NCBI GenBank assembly: GCA_964291285.2
Contig: OZ219786.1
Location: forward strand, 1,056,001 to 1,120,000
Reading direction: 5' to 3'
From: Alphaproteobacteria bacterium
GTDB lineage: Bacteria; Pseudomonadota; Alphaproteobacteria; Bin95
Length of the DNA stretch: 64,000 bases
Shown: positions 1-15,472 of the stretch, one piece after another
How the letters are laid out: each line of letters opens with the position of its first letter
Numbering within the stretch: position 1 is the first letter of the stretch
The notes under the pieces: model-generated
The model's database searches: none
The model's input: the letters and a program-made list of their open reading frames with translations, nothing else
Told to the model about the DNA's origin: nothing
Made by a program: the position numbers and the translations under genes

Positions 1-748
1 CGGAGGCGGCGATGTTGATATGCCCGTCCGAGGTCGGGAACACGCCGGTCGGGATCGAGGTCGGGTGGTCGTTGCCGGCCTGCGGCGCCACCTCGCCGGA
101 GACCGTCCAGCGCGCCGCCTGGAAGTCCAGCATCATGATCTGCGCTTCCAGCAGCGAGGTATGCACCCACTGCCCCTCGCCGGAGCGTTCGCGTTCGTAG
201 AGCGCCAGCAATATGCCCTGCGCCAGATGCAGCCCGGCCGTCAGGTCCGCGATCGGGATGCCGACCCGGACCGGCCCCTGCCCCGGCAGGCCGGTAATCG
301 ACATGAGGCCGCCCATGCCCTGTGCGATCTGGTCCACGCCCGGCCGGTCCCGGTAGGGGCCGGACTGGCCGAAGCCCGAGATCGAACCGTAGACGATGCG
401 CGGATTGACGGCCTTGACGGCCTCGTAGTCGATGCCGAGCCGGTGCTTCACGCCGGCGCGGTAGTTCTCGACCACCACATCGGCATGTTTCGCCATCTCC
501 AGGAAGATCTCCCGGCCCTTGCCGGCCTTGAGGTTGAGCGTCATCGACCGCTTGTTGCGGTGAAGATTCTGGAAGTCGAAGCCGTGGCGGCTGCCGGACA
601 CCACCGAACGCGCGTCTTCGCCGGGCGGCGCCTCGATCTTGACCACGTCGGCGCCCCAGTCGGCAAGCTGGCGCACGGCCGTCGGCCCGGCGCGGGCGCG
701 GGTGAGGTCGAGGACCCTGATATGGGCGAGAGGCAGCGTGGCGGACAT
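1..748 (-). CDS. CaiB/BaiF family (class III) CoA transferase, 3' end outside window
   Basis: Manual translation from ATG at 748: MSATLPLAHIRVLDLTRARAGPTAVRQLADWGADVVKIE...NLHRNKRSMTLNLK...DVVVENYRAG...SISGFGQSGPY, which are typical class III motifs. Confidence 0.9.
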   Translation of the reverse strand, partial: MSATLPLAHIRVLDLTRARAGPTAVRQLADWGADVVKIEAPPGEDARSVVSGSRHGFDFQNLHRNKRSMTLNLKAGKGREIFLEMAKHADVVVENYRAGVKHRLGIDYEAVKAVNPRIVYGSISGFGQSGPYRDRPGVDQIAQGMGGLMSITGLPGQGPVRVGIPIADLTAGLHLAQGILLALYERERSGEGQWVHTSLLEAQIMMLDFQAARWTVSGEVAPQAGNDHPTSIPTGVFPTSDGHINIAAS

Positions 749-824
749 GGCGGCTCGGGCTTTCGTTCCGGGAAAACAGGCGTCATTCAAGCACACGCGG
801 CGGCTGGCCCGCCAGACCGCCGGT

Positions 825-859
825 TTGACGCAAGGCGCAATCATCACATATATATGTGA
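825..859 (+). promoter_or_regulatory. Putative promoter with palindromic operator for the RHH/PIN pair
   Basis: TTGACG at 825-830; perfect 16-bp palindrome TCACATATATATGTGA at 844-859 over the AT-rich -10 region; GGAG RBS before ATG 877. Confidence 0.65.
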
Positions 860-876
860 CCTGTTGGGAGCGGAAC

Positions 877-1209
877 ATGGCGAACCGAAATACCACTCTG
901 AACCTCCCGGAGTCCCTCATAGCGAAGACAAAGGCGTATGCGGCTGCTCACGGCACCAGCATGACGGCGATTATCCGGGAGCATCTCGAAGCCGTTACGG
1001 ACGAGGTAGAGGTTCCCGAAAGCGACCCTCTCCAGGCCTATGCCGCAGGACTGCTCTCGCGGCGCGCGGCGATCCGCGACGCCGGCGTACGGGATTATGC
1101 GGAGCTTCTCGTCGCCCTGGGCGATGCGGGTCTGACGCCGCCCTGGCCGCCGGAGCACGAAATCGAAAACCAGGCGGCCATGTTCGTCCGGATATGGAAC
1201 GCGGCGTGA
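877..1209 (+). CDS. Putative antitoxin: N-terminal ribbon-helix-helix plus UPF0175-like C-terminus
   Basis: NTTLNLPESLIAKTKAYAAAHGTSMTAIIREHL (RHH pattern) followed by LQAYAAGLLSRRAAIRDAG; stop overlaps the next start (GTGA). Confidence 0.7.
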   Translation: MANRNTTLNLPESLIAKTKAYAAAHGTSMTAIIREHLEAVTDEVEVPESDPLQAYAAGLLSRRAAIRDAGVRDYAELLVALGDAGLTPPWPPEHEIENQAAMFVRIWNAA

Positions 1210-1802
1210 AGCGCTGCACGCTGCTGATCCCCGACGCCGGGCCGCTGAACAGCCTCTGGGTTGCCGACCGGCTCGACCTGCTTCTGCGGCTCGACATGCC
1301 GATCGCGGTGGTGGACGCGGTTTACGACGAAGTCACGAGCGACCCGCGCTATCCTAAGGATGCCGAGGTCAAGGCGTTCATCGAGCGCCACAACCCGCCC
1401 TTCACGATCGAGGAAACCGAAGTCGGGGCCGAGGAGCGCAGGAAAAGGAATGCCGGCAAGCCTCCCAAGAGGAACGCCGGCGAGTTGGCGATGGTGGACT
1501 TCATAAGCGAGGAAGGCGGCGTGCAGCGTTACCTCCGGTCCGGCGACCCGCTTCTGGTGTTGTTCGAGGACCGCGGGAGCCTCCGCGTGTTCGGAAAGCC
1601 TCCGAACATGCACCTCCTGTCCACAGTCGGACTGCTCAGGGGGCTGCAACGCGCGGGGATCGTCCCGTCCGCCGACGAGGTCGTCCGCGAGATGTTGCAC
1701 CCTACCGCTCCGGGACGCCGCCCCGAAGACCGGCGGGCGTTCGCCGATCTGCCGGGAGGAACCGACGAACCGGCGGAAATCGGGAGCGCCTGGGAACCCT
1801 GA
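1206..1802 (+). CDS. PIN-like domain protein (DUF3368-like), putative toxin
   Basis: GTG start; LLIPDAGPLNSL, DAVYDEV, NAGELAM and LVLFED supply PIN-type acidic residues. Confidence 0.65.
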   Translation: MKRCTLLIPDAGPLNSLWVADRLDLLLRLDMPIAVVDAVYDEVTSDPRYPKDAEVKAFIERHNPPFTIEETEVGAEERRKRNAGKPPKRNAGELAMVDFISEEGGVQRYLRSGDPLLVLFEDRGSLRVFGKPPNMHLLSTVGLLRGLQRAGIVPSADEVVREMLHPTAPGRRPEDRRAFADLPGGTDEPAEIGSAWEP

Positions 1803-1835
1803 CAGGGACGACTGTTTCGTGAAAGCCGATCGGGC

Positions 1836-2591
1836 TCAGTGGAAGTAGGCGCCGCCGTCCACGACAAGGGTTTGTCCGGTGACGAAGTCGGATTCCCCGG
1901 ACGCGAAGAAGACCACCGCGCCCACGATGTCCGCCGGGTGCTGGTCGCGCTGGATGACGCGCGCCTGAAGCGAGATGTCCCGAAGCGTTTCAAGCTGGTG
2001 GGGATTTGCGAGCACGCCGTCGGAGAGCGTGAATCCGGGCGCCACCGCATTGACCCGAATGCCCGCGCCGCCGAGTTCCTTCGCGAGCGCCTTGGTCATC
2101 GCGTTCACGGCGCCCTTGCTCGCCACATAGTGCAGCAGGAACGGAACGCCCTTGAACGGCGTGCCCGACGAGAAGTTGACGACCGACCCGCCGCCCTGCC
2201 GGCGCATGGCCGGGACGACCGCGCGGGTCGCCATCGCCTGCCCGATGACGTTCACATCGAGGATGCGCCGCCACTCCTCGACATCGAGGTCCTCGAAGGG
2301 CCCGGTCTTCAGCGAGGAGTAGATGCCGGCATTGTTGACCAGCACGTCTATGCGGCCGAACGCCTCCAGCGCGGCCCCCGCCATGGCCTCGGTGTCGTCC
2401 CGGCTCGACACGTCGCAGGCGACGCCGATGACGGCGTTCCCCGCATTGTCCAGCGCCTTTGCGGCTTCCGCCGCGCCCGCGCGGTCGGCAATGACGACAT
2501 TCGCGCCTTCCGCGAGCAGGCCTTCCGCGACGACGCGCCCGATACCCATCGCCCCGCCGGTGACGATTGCAACCTTTCCCTTGCAACGCAT
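1836..2591 (-). CDS. Short-chain dehydrogenase/reductase (SDR)
   Basis: TGGAMGIG, VNNAG, YVASK, RVNAVAPG motifs. Confidence 0.92.
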   Translation of the reverse strand: MRCKGKVAIVTGGAMGIGRVVAEGLLAEGANVVIADRAGAAEAAKALDNAGNAVIGVACDVSSRDDTEAMAGAALEAFGRIDVLVNNAGIYSSLKTGPFEDLDVEEWRRILDVNVIGQAMATRAVVPAMRRQGGGSVVNFSSGTPFKGVPFLLHYVASKGAVNAMTKALAKELGGAGIRVNAVAPGFTLSDGVLANPHQLETLRDISLQARVIQRDQHPADIVGAVVFFASGESDFVTGQTLVVDGGAYFH

Positions 2592-2663
2592 GTCCCTTCT
2601 CCTCCCGCTTGCCCGCGCTCCCGACCCGCCCGGCTTGGCGACTTCTCTATGCCGGCGCCGGAC

Positions 2664-3080
2664 TTATGCGGTTGCGGGCGTATCGACTCCGGCCGCCCGC
2701 GCCGCTGCCGCCAGCGCCCGGTCCAGCGTGGCGAGCGGCAGCCGCATGCGCAGCGCGAGTTCGAGATAAGTGGCGTCATAGACGGACAGGTCGTGGCGGT
2801 CGGCGAGCGCGAGCGCCGGCCCCCACGCGCAGGATGTGGACACCTGCTCGATTTCGATGGGAAGCGCGTCCAGGCTGGCGCAGATTACCGGCCACTCGCC
2901 GACCCCGATGCGGCGGCGCCGGGTTGCTGCAAGCAGCACGCTACCGACTTCGACGGGCCAAAGCGACGGGACGAACGCGCGGTCGTCGACGAGCGAATCG
3001 CGCAGCCGGTCCGTCGCCTCCGAGGCCTCGTCGGGAAACACCCAAGCCATGGCGACTGAGCAATCGAGAACGAAAGGCAT
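2664..3080 (-). CDS. vapC: VapC-family PIN toxin
   Basis: FVLDCSVAMAW, LWPVEV, LSVYDATYLELA, LATLD; coupled to the upstream antitoxin. Confidence 0.88.
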   Translation of the reverse strand: MPFVLDCSVAMAWVFPDEASEATDRLRDSLVDDRAFVPSLWPVEVGSVLLAATRRRRIGVGEWPVICASLDALPIEIEQVSTSCAWGPALALADRHDLSVYDATYLELALRMRLPLATLDRALAAAARAAGVDTPATA

Positions 3081-3322
3081 CAGTGTTTACGTGCTTCCTC
3101 GACCATCTGCCGGACCGGGGTCCCGCCGAGGGAGTGAGTTCGCTGGAACTCCTTCAACGTATCGATCGCGGATTGCACCTTGCCGGAATCCCGTGAGCGG
3201 AACGGGACCAGTTCGGCCAGCGGCCGGCCGTGCCTGGTGATGACGAACCGTTCGCCTGCTTCCACCCGCCGAAGCAATTGCGGCAAGTGGGTTTTTGCCT
3301 CGAACGCCCCGATTTCCGACAC
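3080..3322 (-). CDS. Phd/YefM family antitoxin
   Basis: GTG start after GAGGAGG; EIGAFEAKTHLPQLLRRVEAGERFVITRHGRPLAELVP. Confidence 0.9.
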   Translation of the reverse strand: MSEIGAFEAKTHLPQLLRRVEAGERFVITRHGRPLAELVPFRSRDSGKVQSAIDTLKEFQRTHSLGGTPVRQMVEEARKH

Positions 3323-3357
3323 TGCGCCTGCCTCCTCTGCGACCCCGCCGCCAATCA

Positions 3358-3395
3358 ACCAGTCTCAGTCTGGTCTTAACAGCAAGCCGGGTCAA
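3358..3395 (-). promoter_or_regulatory. Putative promoter/operator of phd-vapC
   Basis: Minus-strand TTGACC (3395-3390), 17 nt, CAGACT; inverted repeat ACCAG-N7-CTGGT at 3358-3374. Confidence 0.45.
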
Positions 3396-3426
3396 GGACA
3401 CCGACGGCTGCGGGCGCGCGAACCGG

Positions 3427-4077
3427 CTATGCCGGCCCCGGGTTTATGGGCATCTCGGCGAACACCCGGTAGCTCTGCGACTTCGGCCTGTCCCGGTCTT
3501 CGTCCCTGACATAGCGGATGGACGAGGCGCCGAGCAGGGATCGCGGCAGGACCATCGCGCGGATGAAGCGGCTCGGGACATCGAACGACGCCCGCGCGAA
3601 GACGGGCTCCGGTCCGCCCTCGAACCAGGCGCCGCCGGGCCCGTAGGACGAGGAGCGGCCTTCCGTGTCGATCCTGATCTCCCCTTCCCGCAGGCACCTG
3701 ATTCCCGGGCCTTGGTGCGTGTGAAGCAGCGCCGTTCCGCCGGGCGGGAAGGCGACGCTGTCGAGCCGGAGCAGCAGCTCATCGGCGATTGCGGCAAGGT
3801 CGATCGGGCCGGCGAGGCGAAGCGCCGTCCGATGGCCGTATGCGGCGGTGTCGGCATCAGAGGCCGCGACCTCCCAACGCCAGACCGCAGCGCCGCCGCC
3901 GCCGGCGCACAGCCGCACCGGCCCTGCCAGGACAACGCCCCCGTCGGCCGGAACCTCCTCCCCGTTCACCGATACCCCGCCGGCCGGGACATAGAGCGCC
4001 CTCGGCGCGGGACCGTCGAACCGGACCTCCTCGCCGCCGAACAGCACATCTTCGAACAGCCGGATTTCGTACGGCAT
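3427..4077 (-). CDS. Cupin-like protein
   Basis: ATG at 4077 (MPYEIRLFED); HTHQGPGIRCLREGEI and GPGGAWFEGG cupin-type motifs; directly downstream of hydA. Confidence 0.65.
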   Translation of the reverse strand: MPYEIRLFEDVLFGGEEVRFDGPAPRALYVPAGGVSVNGEEVPADGGVVLAGPVRLCAGGGGAAVWRWEVAASDADTAAYGHRTALRLAGPIDLAAIADELLLRLDSVAFPPGGTALLHTHQGPGIRCLREGEIRIDTEGRSSSYGPGGAWFEGGPEPVFARASFDVPSRFIRAMVLPRSLLGASSIRYVRDEDRDRPKSQSYRVFAEMPINPGPA

Positions 4078-4088
4078 GCCCGGCAGCC

Positions 4089-5549
4089 TCACTTCTCCAG
4101 CTTCCGGAGCGCGATGGGGTCGAAGGGGGCGGTGAAACGGCCGGTGGGGCGGATGAAATCGTATGGCTCGCGCTTCAGCCATCGGCCGCGCCCCGGCTCC
4201 GCCGTCACCTCGCCGTCGTTCCACAGCACCTCGCCGCGCGAGAGCGTCATCACGGGCCAGCCCGTCACCGTCATGCCCTCATAGGGCGTGTAGTCGGTCA
4301 GCGTGTGCAGGTCCTCGCTGCGGATGGTGACCTCCCGTTCCGCATCCCAGATCGCGATGTCGGCATCGGAGCCGACGGCGATCGTGCCCTTTTTCGGGTA
4401 GAGGCCGAACAGCCGGGCCGGGTTGGCGGAGGTCAGCGCCACGAATTCGCAAGGACCGATCCTGCCGGCCGCGACGCCCTCGGAGAACACCAGCGGCAGG
4501 CGCGTCTCCAGCCCCGGCACGCCGTTCGGGATTTCGCTGAAGCGCGCATTGGCGCCGTGCAGCGCCTTGCCCCTCGGATCGTCGAAGCTGTAGGGCGCAT
4601 GGTCCGAACTCACGATCCCGAGCGTCCCGTCGGTGAGCGCCCGCCAGATCGCTTCGTGGTCGTCTTCTGTGCGGGGCGCAGGCGAGCAGATGAACTTGGC
4701 GCCCTCGAAGCCGTCCCGGTCCATGTCGTCCGCGGTCAGGGTCAGATATTGCGGGCAGGTCTCGCCGAACACCTTGATGCCGCGCGCCTGCGCCCGGCGA
4801 ATTTCTTCTGCCGCCTCCGCGCAGGTGACGTGGAAGACCTGGATCGGCAGGTCCAGAAGCTCGGCGAGCGCGATCACCCGGTGGACGGCCTCGCGCTCGA
4901 CGACCGGCGGCTTGGACCAGGCGTGATAGCGCGGCGAGGTCAGACCCGCCTCCAGCAGCCGGTCGGTCATCCACATGATGGCGTCGTGGTTCTCCGCATG
5001 GACGCACACGAACGCCCCGTGCTTCTTCGCGCAGGCGAACACCTTGAGCAGCTGCGCATCGTCCATCCGGTTCGACGGATAGGTCATGAAGACCTTGATC
5101 GAGCGGTGGCCCTCGGCGATCAGTTCCGGCAGCTCCTGCTCGATCACCGCCTCGGAGGGGTCGTTGACGATGATGTGGAAGCAGTAGTCGATGACCGCTT
5201 TGCGCGCGAGTGCGGCATAGCCGTCCATCGCCTCCCGCACGCCCCGGCCCCGGACCTGGGGCGAAAAGCTGATCGTGGTGGTGGTGCCGCCGCAGGCCGC
5301 GGAGATCGAGCCGCTGGTGAAGGTGTCGGCATTGGTGCCCCCGGTCGAGCCCGGCTGCTCGATGTGGCAATGGCTGTCCACCCCGCCCGGCATGACCAGC
5401 CGGCCGCCGGCATCGATTTCATGCGCGCCGCCCTCAAGGTTCTCGCCGAGCGCGGCAACGCGCCCCCCGGTGATGCCGATATCGGCCCGGACCATGTCGG
5501 ACGCCGTGACCACCGTGCCGCCGCGAATGACCGTGTCATATGCCGCCAT
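4089..5549 (-). CDS. hydA: Dihydropyrimidinase / D-hydantoinase
   Basis: PGGVDSHCH, GGTTT, VHAEN, ETCPQYL, SSDHAPY, IPNGVPGLETR motifs. Confidence 0.92.
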   Translation of the reverse strand: MAAYDTVIRGGTVVTASDMVRADIGITGGRVAALGENLEGGAHEIDAGGRLVMPGGVDSHCHIEQPGSTGGTNADTFTSGSISAACGGTTTTISFSPQVRGRGVREAMDGYAALARKAVIDYCFHIIVNDPSEAVIEQELPELIAEGHRSIKVFMTYPSNRMDDAQLLKVFACAKKHGAFVCVHAENHDAIMWMTDRLLEAGLTSPRYHAWSKPPVVEREAVHRVIALAELLDLPIQVFHVTCAEAAEEIRRAQARGIKVFGETCPQYLTLTADDMDRDGFEGAKFICSPAPRTEDDHEAIWRALTDGTLGIVSSDHAPYSFDDPRGKALHGANARFSEIPNGVPGLETRLPLVFSEGVAAGRIGPCEFVALTSANPARLFGLYPKKGTIAVGSDADIAIWDAEREVTIRSEDLHTLTDYTPYEGMTVTGWPVMTLSRGEVLWNDGEVTAEPGRGRWLKREPYDFIRPTGRFTAPFDPIALRKLEK

Positions 5550-5566
5550 GTGCGTGTCTCCCGCCT

Positions 5567-6286
5567 TCAGCTTGCCCCGAGAATAACCGAACGCGCGCGC
5601 AAGGCTTCGCCCGAATCGACGAAAAGCGTCTCGCCGGTGACCGAGGGCGTCTCAATGAGATAGGCGAGCGCGGCGGCGACCTCTTCCGGCCGCACCGCGC
5701 GCCGGAGCGGCAGCCTTTCGCCCAGTGTCTCCAGCCGGCCGGGTTTCATGCCCGCGCTCTCATAGACGATGCCGGGCGCAATCGCCGCGATCCGCAGCCG
5801 GGGCGCGAGCTCCGCCGCGAGCGTCCTGACGGCGCCTTCCAGCGCGATCTTGCTGAGTGTGTAGGAGAGGTAGCCGGCCCCCGGATGGCGGATTTTCTGG
5901 TCCACGATATTGACCGCGAGCCCCGTTCCGTCCTCCCCGAGCACAGCCGCAAAAGCCTGGATCGCAAGCAGCGGCGCGCGCAGATTGGTCGCCATGTGGG
6001 CATCGAAGGAGGCGGCGTCCAGCGTGTCGATCCGGTCCGGCTCAAACCGCGCGGCATTGTTCACCAGCACCGAAAGCCCGCCGAGACGCTCATGCGCCTC
6101 GCCGACGATCCGCGCCGGCGCTGAGGGGTCGTCCAGGTCGCCCTGCAGGACCACTGCGTCCAGGTCCGCCGGCGGCCCGGTCATGCGCGTGTGGACGGCG
6201 ACCCGATGCCCGGCCGCCAGCATCGCGCGGGCAAGCGCCAGCCCCAGGCGCCGCGCGCCGCCGGTAATCAGAATGCGTTCCGCCAT
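5567..6286 (-). CDS. SDR family oxidoreductase (pteridine reductase/FolM-like)
   Basis: TGGARRLG, VNNAA, YTLSK motifs. Confidence 0.8.
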   Translation of the reverse strand: MAERILITGGARRLGLALARAMLAAGHRVAVHTRMTGPPADLDAVVLQGDLDDPSAPARIVGEAHERLGGLSVLVNNAARFEPDRIDTLDAASFDAHMATNLRAPLLAIQAFAAVLGEDGTGLAVNIVDQKIRHPGAGYLSYTLSKIALEGAVRTLAAELAPRLRIAAIAPGIVYESAGMKPGRLETLGERLPLRRAVRPEEVAAALAYLIETPSVTGETLFVDSGEALRARSVILGAS

Positions 6287-6490
6287 GCCCCTGCCCCGGC
6301 CGGTCGAACCCGACCCATCCTAGCCGCATCGGAACGCCCGCGCTCCGGGCCGCAGAATCGTTGCGACCAACCGTCCCGCCGTCTTCTACCCGGCCCTGCA
6401 ATGCTCTATATCGGCTTTCCTTTGGGCGGCGTCCGCCCGGCTCGAGAGGCTGCGGCTCTTTGCCAACGAAACCTGCGGAGGTGACATATC

Positions 6491-12506
<6,016 letters not shown>

Positions 12507-12732
12507 ACTTCCGGGGACGAAACGGCGGGCGCCGGTCGTCTTTCCTCCATCAGTCCAGAAGCCCGCCCGCCCGGAGCCGGTCCAGGAAATGCCGCCAGGG
12601 CAGCAGGTCGAAACGAGCCGAATCCGGAATGGTCTGGTTGGCAAGCCTGCCGGAGTCCGGTCCGGCCGGAGCGGTGCCGAAGGGATGCGACAATATCGTT
12701 CATGAAATTTAGGTAATATTTCTCCTTTCAGG

Positions 12733-13176
12733 GCTTGCATCTGATAAAACAGTGATATGATAGGTCCGAGGTAAGCGGAGTCCGCGCGGACCGCTTCCCG
12801 CCCGCGCCGGCCCGGTGCGGAACGACCCCGATTCAGCCGACAGGCGAAGTGCGTCCTGCGCCTGCCTCGCGCGCGGGCAATCAGGCGCGCGAACCGCGCC
12901 GGCGCCGACACCCGCCCGCGCCGGCACAGGCGCCCGCGCAGGATACGCGCGAATAGGGGTCGCTCCGATGCCGGTACGGCATGGCCGTCGAACCGAAACG
13001 GAATGAAGGAGCCGCACATGACATTTCCCGACCCGACCGTCGCCCTCTCCACCCGCCAGGAAGCCTTCTGCCGCCACTACACAGCCTCGACCGGCTCCAG
13101 AGGACCGGCTTCTTCAACCCGCCCGGAGACGTGGAGTTCACCCCCGACCATGACAAAACATGACATTCCATGACAC
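12733..13176 (+). repeat. Copy A of a dispersed TerS-like element (promoter, conserved leader, deleted ORF, triple heptamer end)
   Basis: Colinear with the reverse complement of 53908-55234; 46 nt identical (12877-12922 vs 55052-55097) and 36 nt identical (13141-13176 vs 53908-53943). Confidence 0.9.
13018..13173 (+). pseudogene. Internally deleted terminase-small-subunit-like gene
   Basis: MTFPDPTVALSTRQEAFCRHYTAS matches the N-terminus of 53921-54910 (VALSTRQEAFCRHYTAS); the C-terminal PDHDKT* follows in another frame. Confidence 0.85.
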
Positions 13177-13191
13177 GGCGCGAAGGGTCAT

Positions 13192-13222
13192 CGTCGCCCC
13201 GGACCCCGATCCGGGGCGACGG
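13192..13222 (+). other. GC-rich hairpin right after element copy A
   Basis: CGTCGCCCCGGA / TCCGGGGCGACG inverted repeat; no U-tract. Confidence 0.45.
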
Positions 13223-13371
13223 CGGGGAGAAGCGCATCGTCCGGCCGGGGCGGGAACCGGCTCTCAAACACCGTTATGCCGGGACAGGGCTTCACATCGG
13301 CGCGCTGGATTCGCGCCGCCGGTTCCGGTTTACTTTGGCGCGGCAGCGGAACGGAGGCGGCGGCGGACCCC

Positions 13372-14562
13372 ATGGATGCGATGAACGATGCGAGCCCCAT
13401 CACGATGGAGGTCGGCGAGACCTGGCCCGAGATCCGCGAGGCGGTGCGCCGGCTCTGCGCGAACTATCCGGGCGACTACTGGCGCGAGCTCGACCGCAAC
13501 CGCGAATATCCCGAGACCTTCGTCAAGGCGCTGACCGACGCCGGCTACCTTGCGGTGCTGATCCCCGAGGAATATGGCGGCTCGGGCCTGCCGATCTCGG
13601 CCGGAAGCGCCGTTCTGGAGGAAGTCAACGCCTCGGGCTGCAATGCCGGGGCCTGCCACGCGCAGATGTACATCATGGGCACCCTGCTCCGCCACGGCAG
13701 CGACGAGCAGAAACAGCGCTACCTGCCGAAGATCGCGACGGGCGAGCTGCGGCTCCAGGCCTTCGGCGTGACGGAGCCGAGCAGCGGCACGGACACGCTG
13801 AGCCTGCGCACGACCGCGGTGCGCGAGGGAAACGGCTATGTGGTGAACGGCCAGAAGATCTGGACGAGCCGCGCGCAATATTCCGACCTCATGCTGCTGC
13901 TGGCGCGCACCACGCCCAAGGACCGGGTGGCGAAGCGGACGGACGGACTGTCGGTCTTTCTCGTCGATATGCGCGAGGCGCTCGGCAACGGGCTGGAGAT
14001 CCGCCCGATCCGCACGATGATCAACCACCAGACCAACGAGCTCTTCTTCGACAATATGCGCATTCCGGCCGATGCGCTGATCGGCGAGGAGGGCCGCGGC
14101 TTCCGCTACATTCTGGACGGCATGAATGCCGAGCGCATCCTGGTGGCCTCCGACGCGCTGGGCGACGCCAGGTTCTTCATCGACCGCGCCGTGGCATACG
14201 CCAACGACCGCAGCGTGTTCGGTCGCCCGATCGGGCAGAACCAGGGCATCCAGTTCCCCATCGCGGAAGCATACGCCCAGACCGCCGCGGCGGAGCTTAT
14301 GATGCGCAAGGCGGCCGCGCTGTTCGAGGCGGGCGAGCCCTGCGGGCCGGAAGCCAACATGGCCAAGCATCTCTGCGCCGAGGCCTCCTGGAAGGCGGGC
14401 GACGTGTGCATGCAGACCTATGGCGGCTTCGCCTTCGCGGAGGAGTACGACATCGAGCGCAAGTTCCGCGAGGCGCGCCTCTACCGCACGGCGCCGATCT
14501 CGACCAATCTCGTGCTGGCCTACCTCGCCGAGCATGTGCTCGGCCTGCCGCGCTCCTACTGA
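13372..14562 (+). CDS. Acyl-CoA dehydrogenase
   Basis: FGVTEPSSGTD, NGQKIWTS, RSVFGRPIGQNQGIQF, GGFAFAEEYDIER; start may be 13381. Confidence 0.92.
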   Translation: MDAMNDASPITMEVGETWPEIREAVRRLCANYPGDYWRELDRNREYPETFVKALTDAGYLAVLIPEEYGGSGLPISAGSAVLEEVNASGCNAGACHAQMYIMGTLLRHGSDEQKQRYLPKIATGELRLQAFGVTEPSSGTDTLSLRTTAVREGNGYVVNGQKIWTSRAQYSDLMLLLARTTPKDRVAKRTDGLSVFLVDMREALGNGLEIRPIRTMINHQTNELFFDNMRIPADALIGEEGRGFRYILDGMNAERILVASDALGDARFFIDRAVAYANDRSVFGRPIGQNQGIQFPIAEAYAQTAAAELMMRKAAALFEAGEPCGPEANMAKHLCAEASWKAGDVCMQTYGGFAFAEEYDIERKFREARLYRTAPISTNLVLAYLAEHVLGLPRSY

Positions 14563-14849
14563 TCCGGCAAACGAACCGGCTGTCCGTGCGGCGTCTCCGC
14601 GTGGACGTCCCGCCAGGCTTCCTGCCGGTCGTCCAGTTCGGCGGCGCCTGCGAGGCCGGTTGTCGCCGCCAGTTCCTCCAGCGCGGCGAGCCAGCTTTCC
14701 CAATAGGGACGGTCGGGCTCGGCGCGGAGCGCGCGTCCGAGATGTTCGGACCAGACGGGCCAGGTGAAATACCCCGCCTCGTGCAGCCGGACCGTCATGG
14801 CGAAGGCCCGCGCCTGCCAGGGCTCATCGAACGGCGTGTCCGGCGTCAC
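14556..14849 (-). CDS. Nitrile hydratase accessory protein
   Basis: GTG start overlapping the beta stop; PFDEPWQARAFAMTVRLHEAG.FTW and YWESWLAALE. Confidence 0.85.
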   Translation of the reverse strand: MTPDTPFDEPWQARAFAMTVRLHEAGYFTWPVWSEHLGRALRAEPDRPYWESWLAALEELAATTGLAGAAELDDRQEAWRDVHAETPHGQPVRLPDQ

Positions 14850-15472
14850 GCCGGCTCCAGATAAGGTTCCCAGAGGTCGATCATGACCGAGTCCGCCGCC
14901 GACGCTGACGGTCCCCAGAGTTCGCGCGCCGCGAACCGCACGCTGTAGAGGTGGCGCGGGTCCTGGTCTCCGGTGGCAGCGTGGGAGTCCGGATAAACAT
15001 GCGCGCCCCAAAGCCGCTCGACCGTGCCGATACGGCCGCGGCAATAGCGCGGCAGGCGGGTGTGGCCAACGGGGTGGATGTTCAGCGCGCGCACCCTGTC
15101 GCCGGGCGCGAAGGCCGGGGCGGTTTCGGTCTCGCGCTCCGTCGGGCCGCCGGTCTTCAGCGCCTTCTCGACGTTGCCTGCATCCAGCCGCCGGAGCTTC
15201 GCCGGCGCGCCTTCCAGCAGGCGGCGCTCCGCCAGCAGCGCGTCCAGCCCGAACAGCCAGTGCTCGTAATAGGAGGTCGCCAGATAATCGGCGGGCGCCA
15301 TGGTCTCGCGCGCGTGGCGGGACTTGTCGAGGTTCCATTGCCCGGTGAAGCCCATGGCGAGCGTGAGGGCAAAGGCGCGCCGCTCCCACTCCGCGTGGAA
15401 GACCGGCTCGTCCGCCGCCGGCCCGACCGGGCCGAAGCCGTGCATCCCGCCGAGGTCGTGCGCGCCGTTCAC
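14846..15472 (-). CDS. nthB: Nitrile hydratase beta subunit
   Basis: GTG start: [15 protein letters not shown]...[12 protein letters not shown]...[11 protein letters not shown]...[10 protein letters not shown]. Confidence 0.95.
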   Translation of the reverse strand: MNGAHDLGGMHGFGPVGPAADEPVFHAEWERRAFALTLAMGFTGQWNLDKSRHARETMAPADYLATSYYEHWLFGLDALLAERRLLEGAPAKLRRLDAGNVEKALKTGGPTERETETAPAFAPGDRVRALNIHPVGHTRLPRYCRGRIGTVERLWGAHVYPDSHAATGDQDPRHLYSVRFAARELWGPSASAADSVMIDLWEPYLEPA

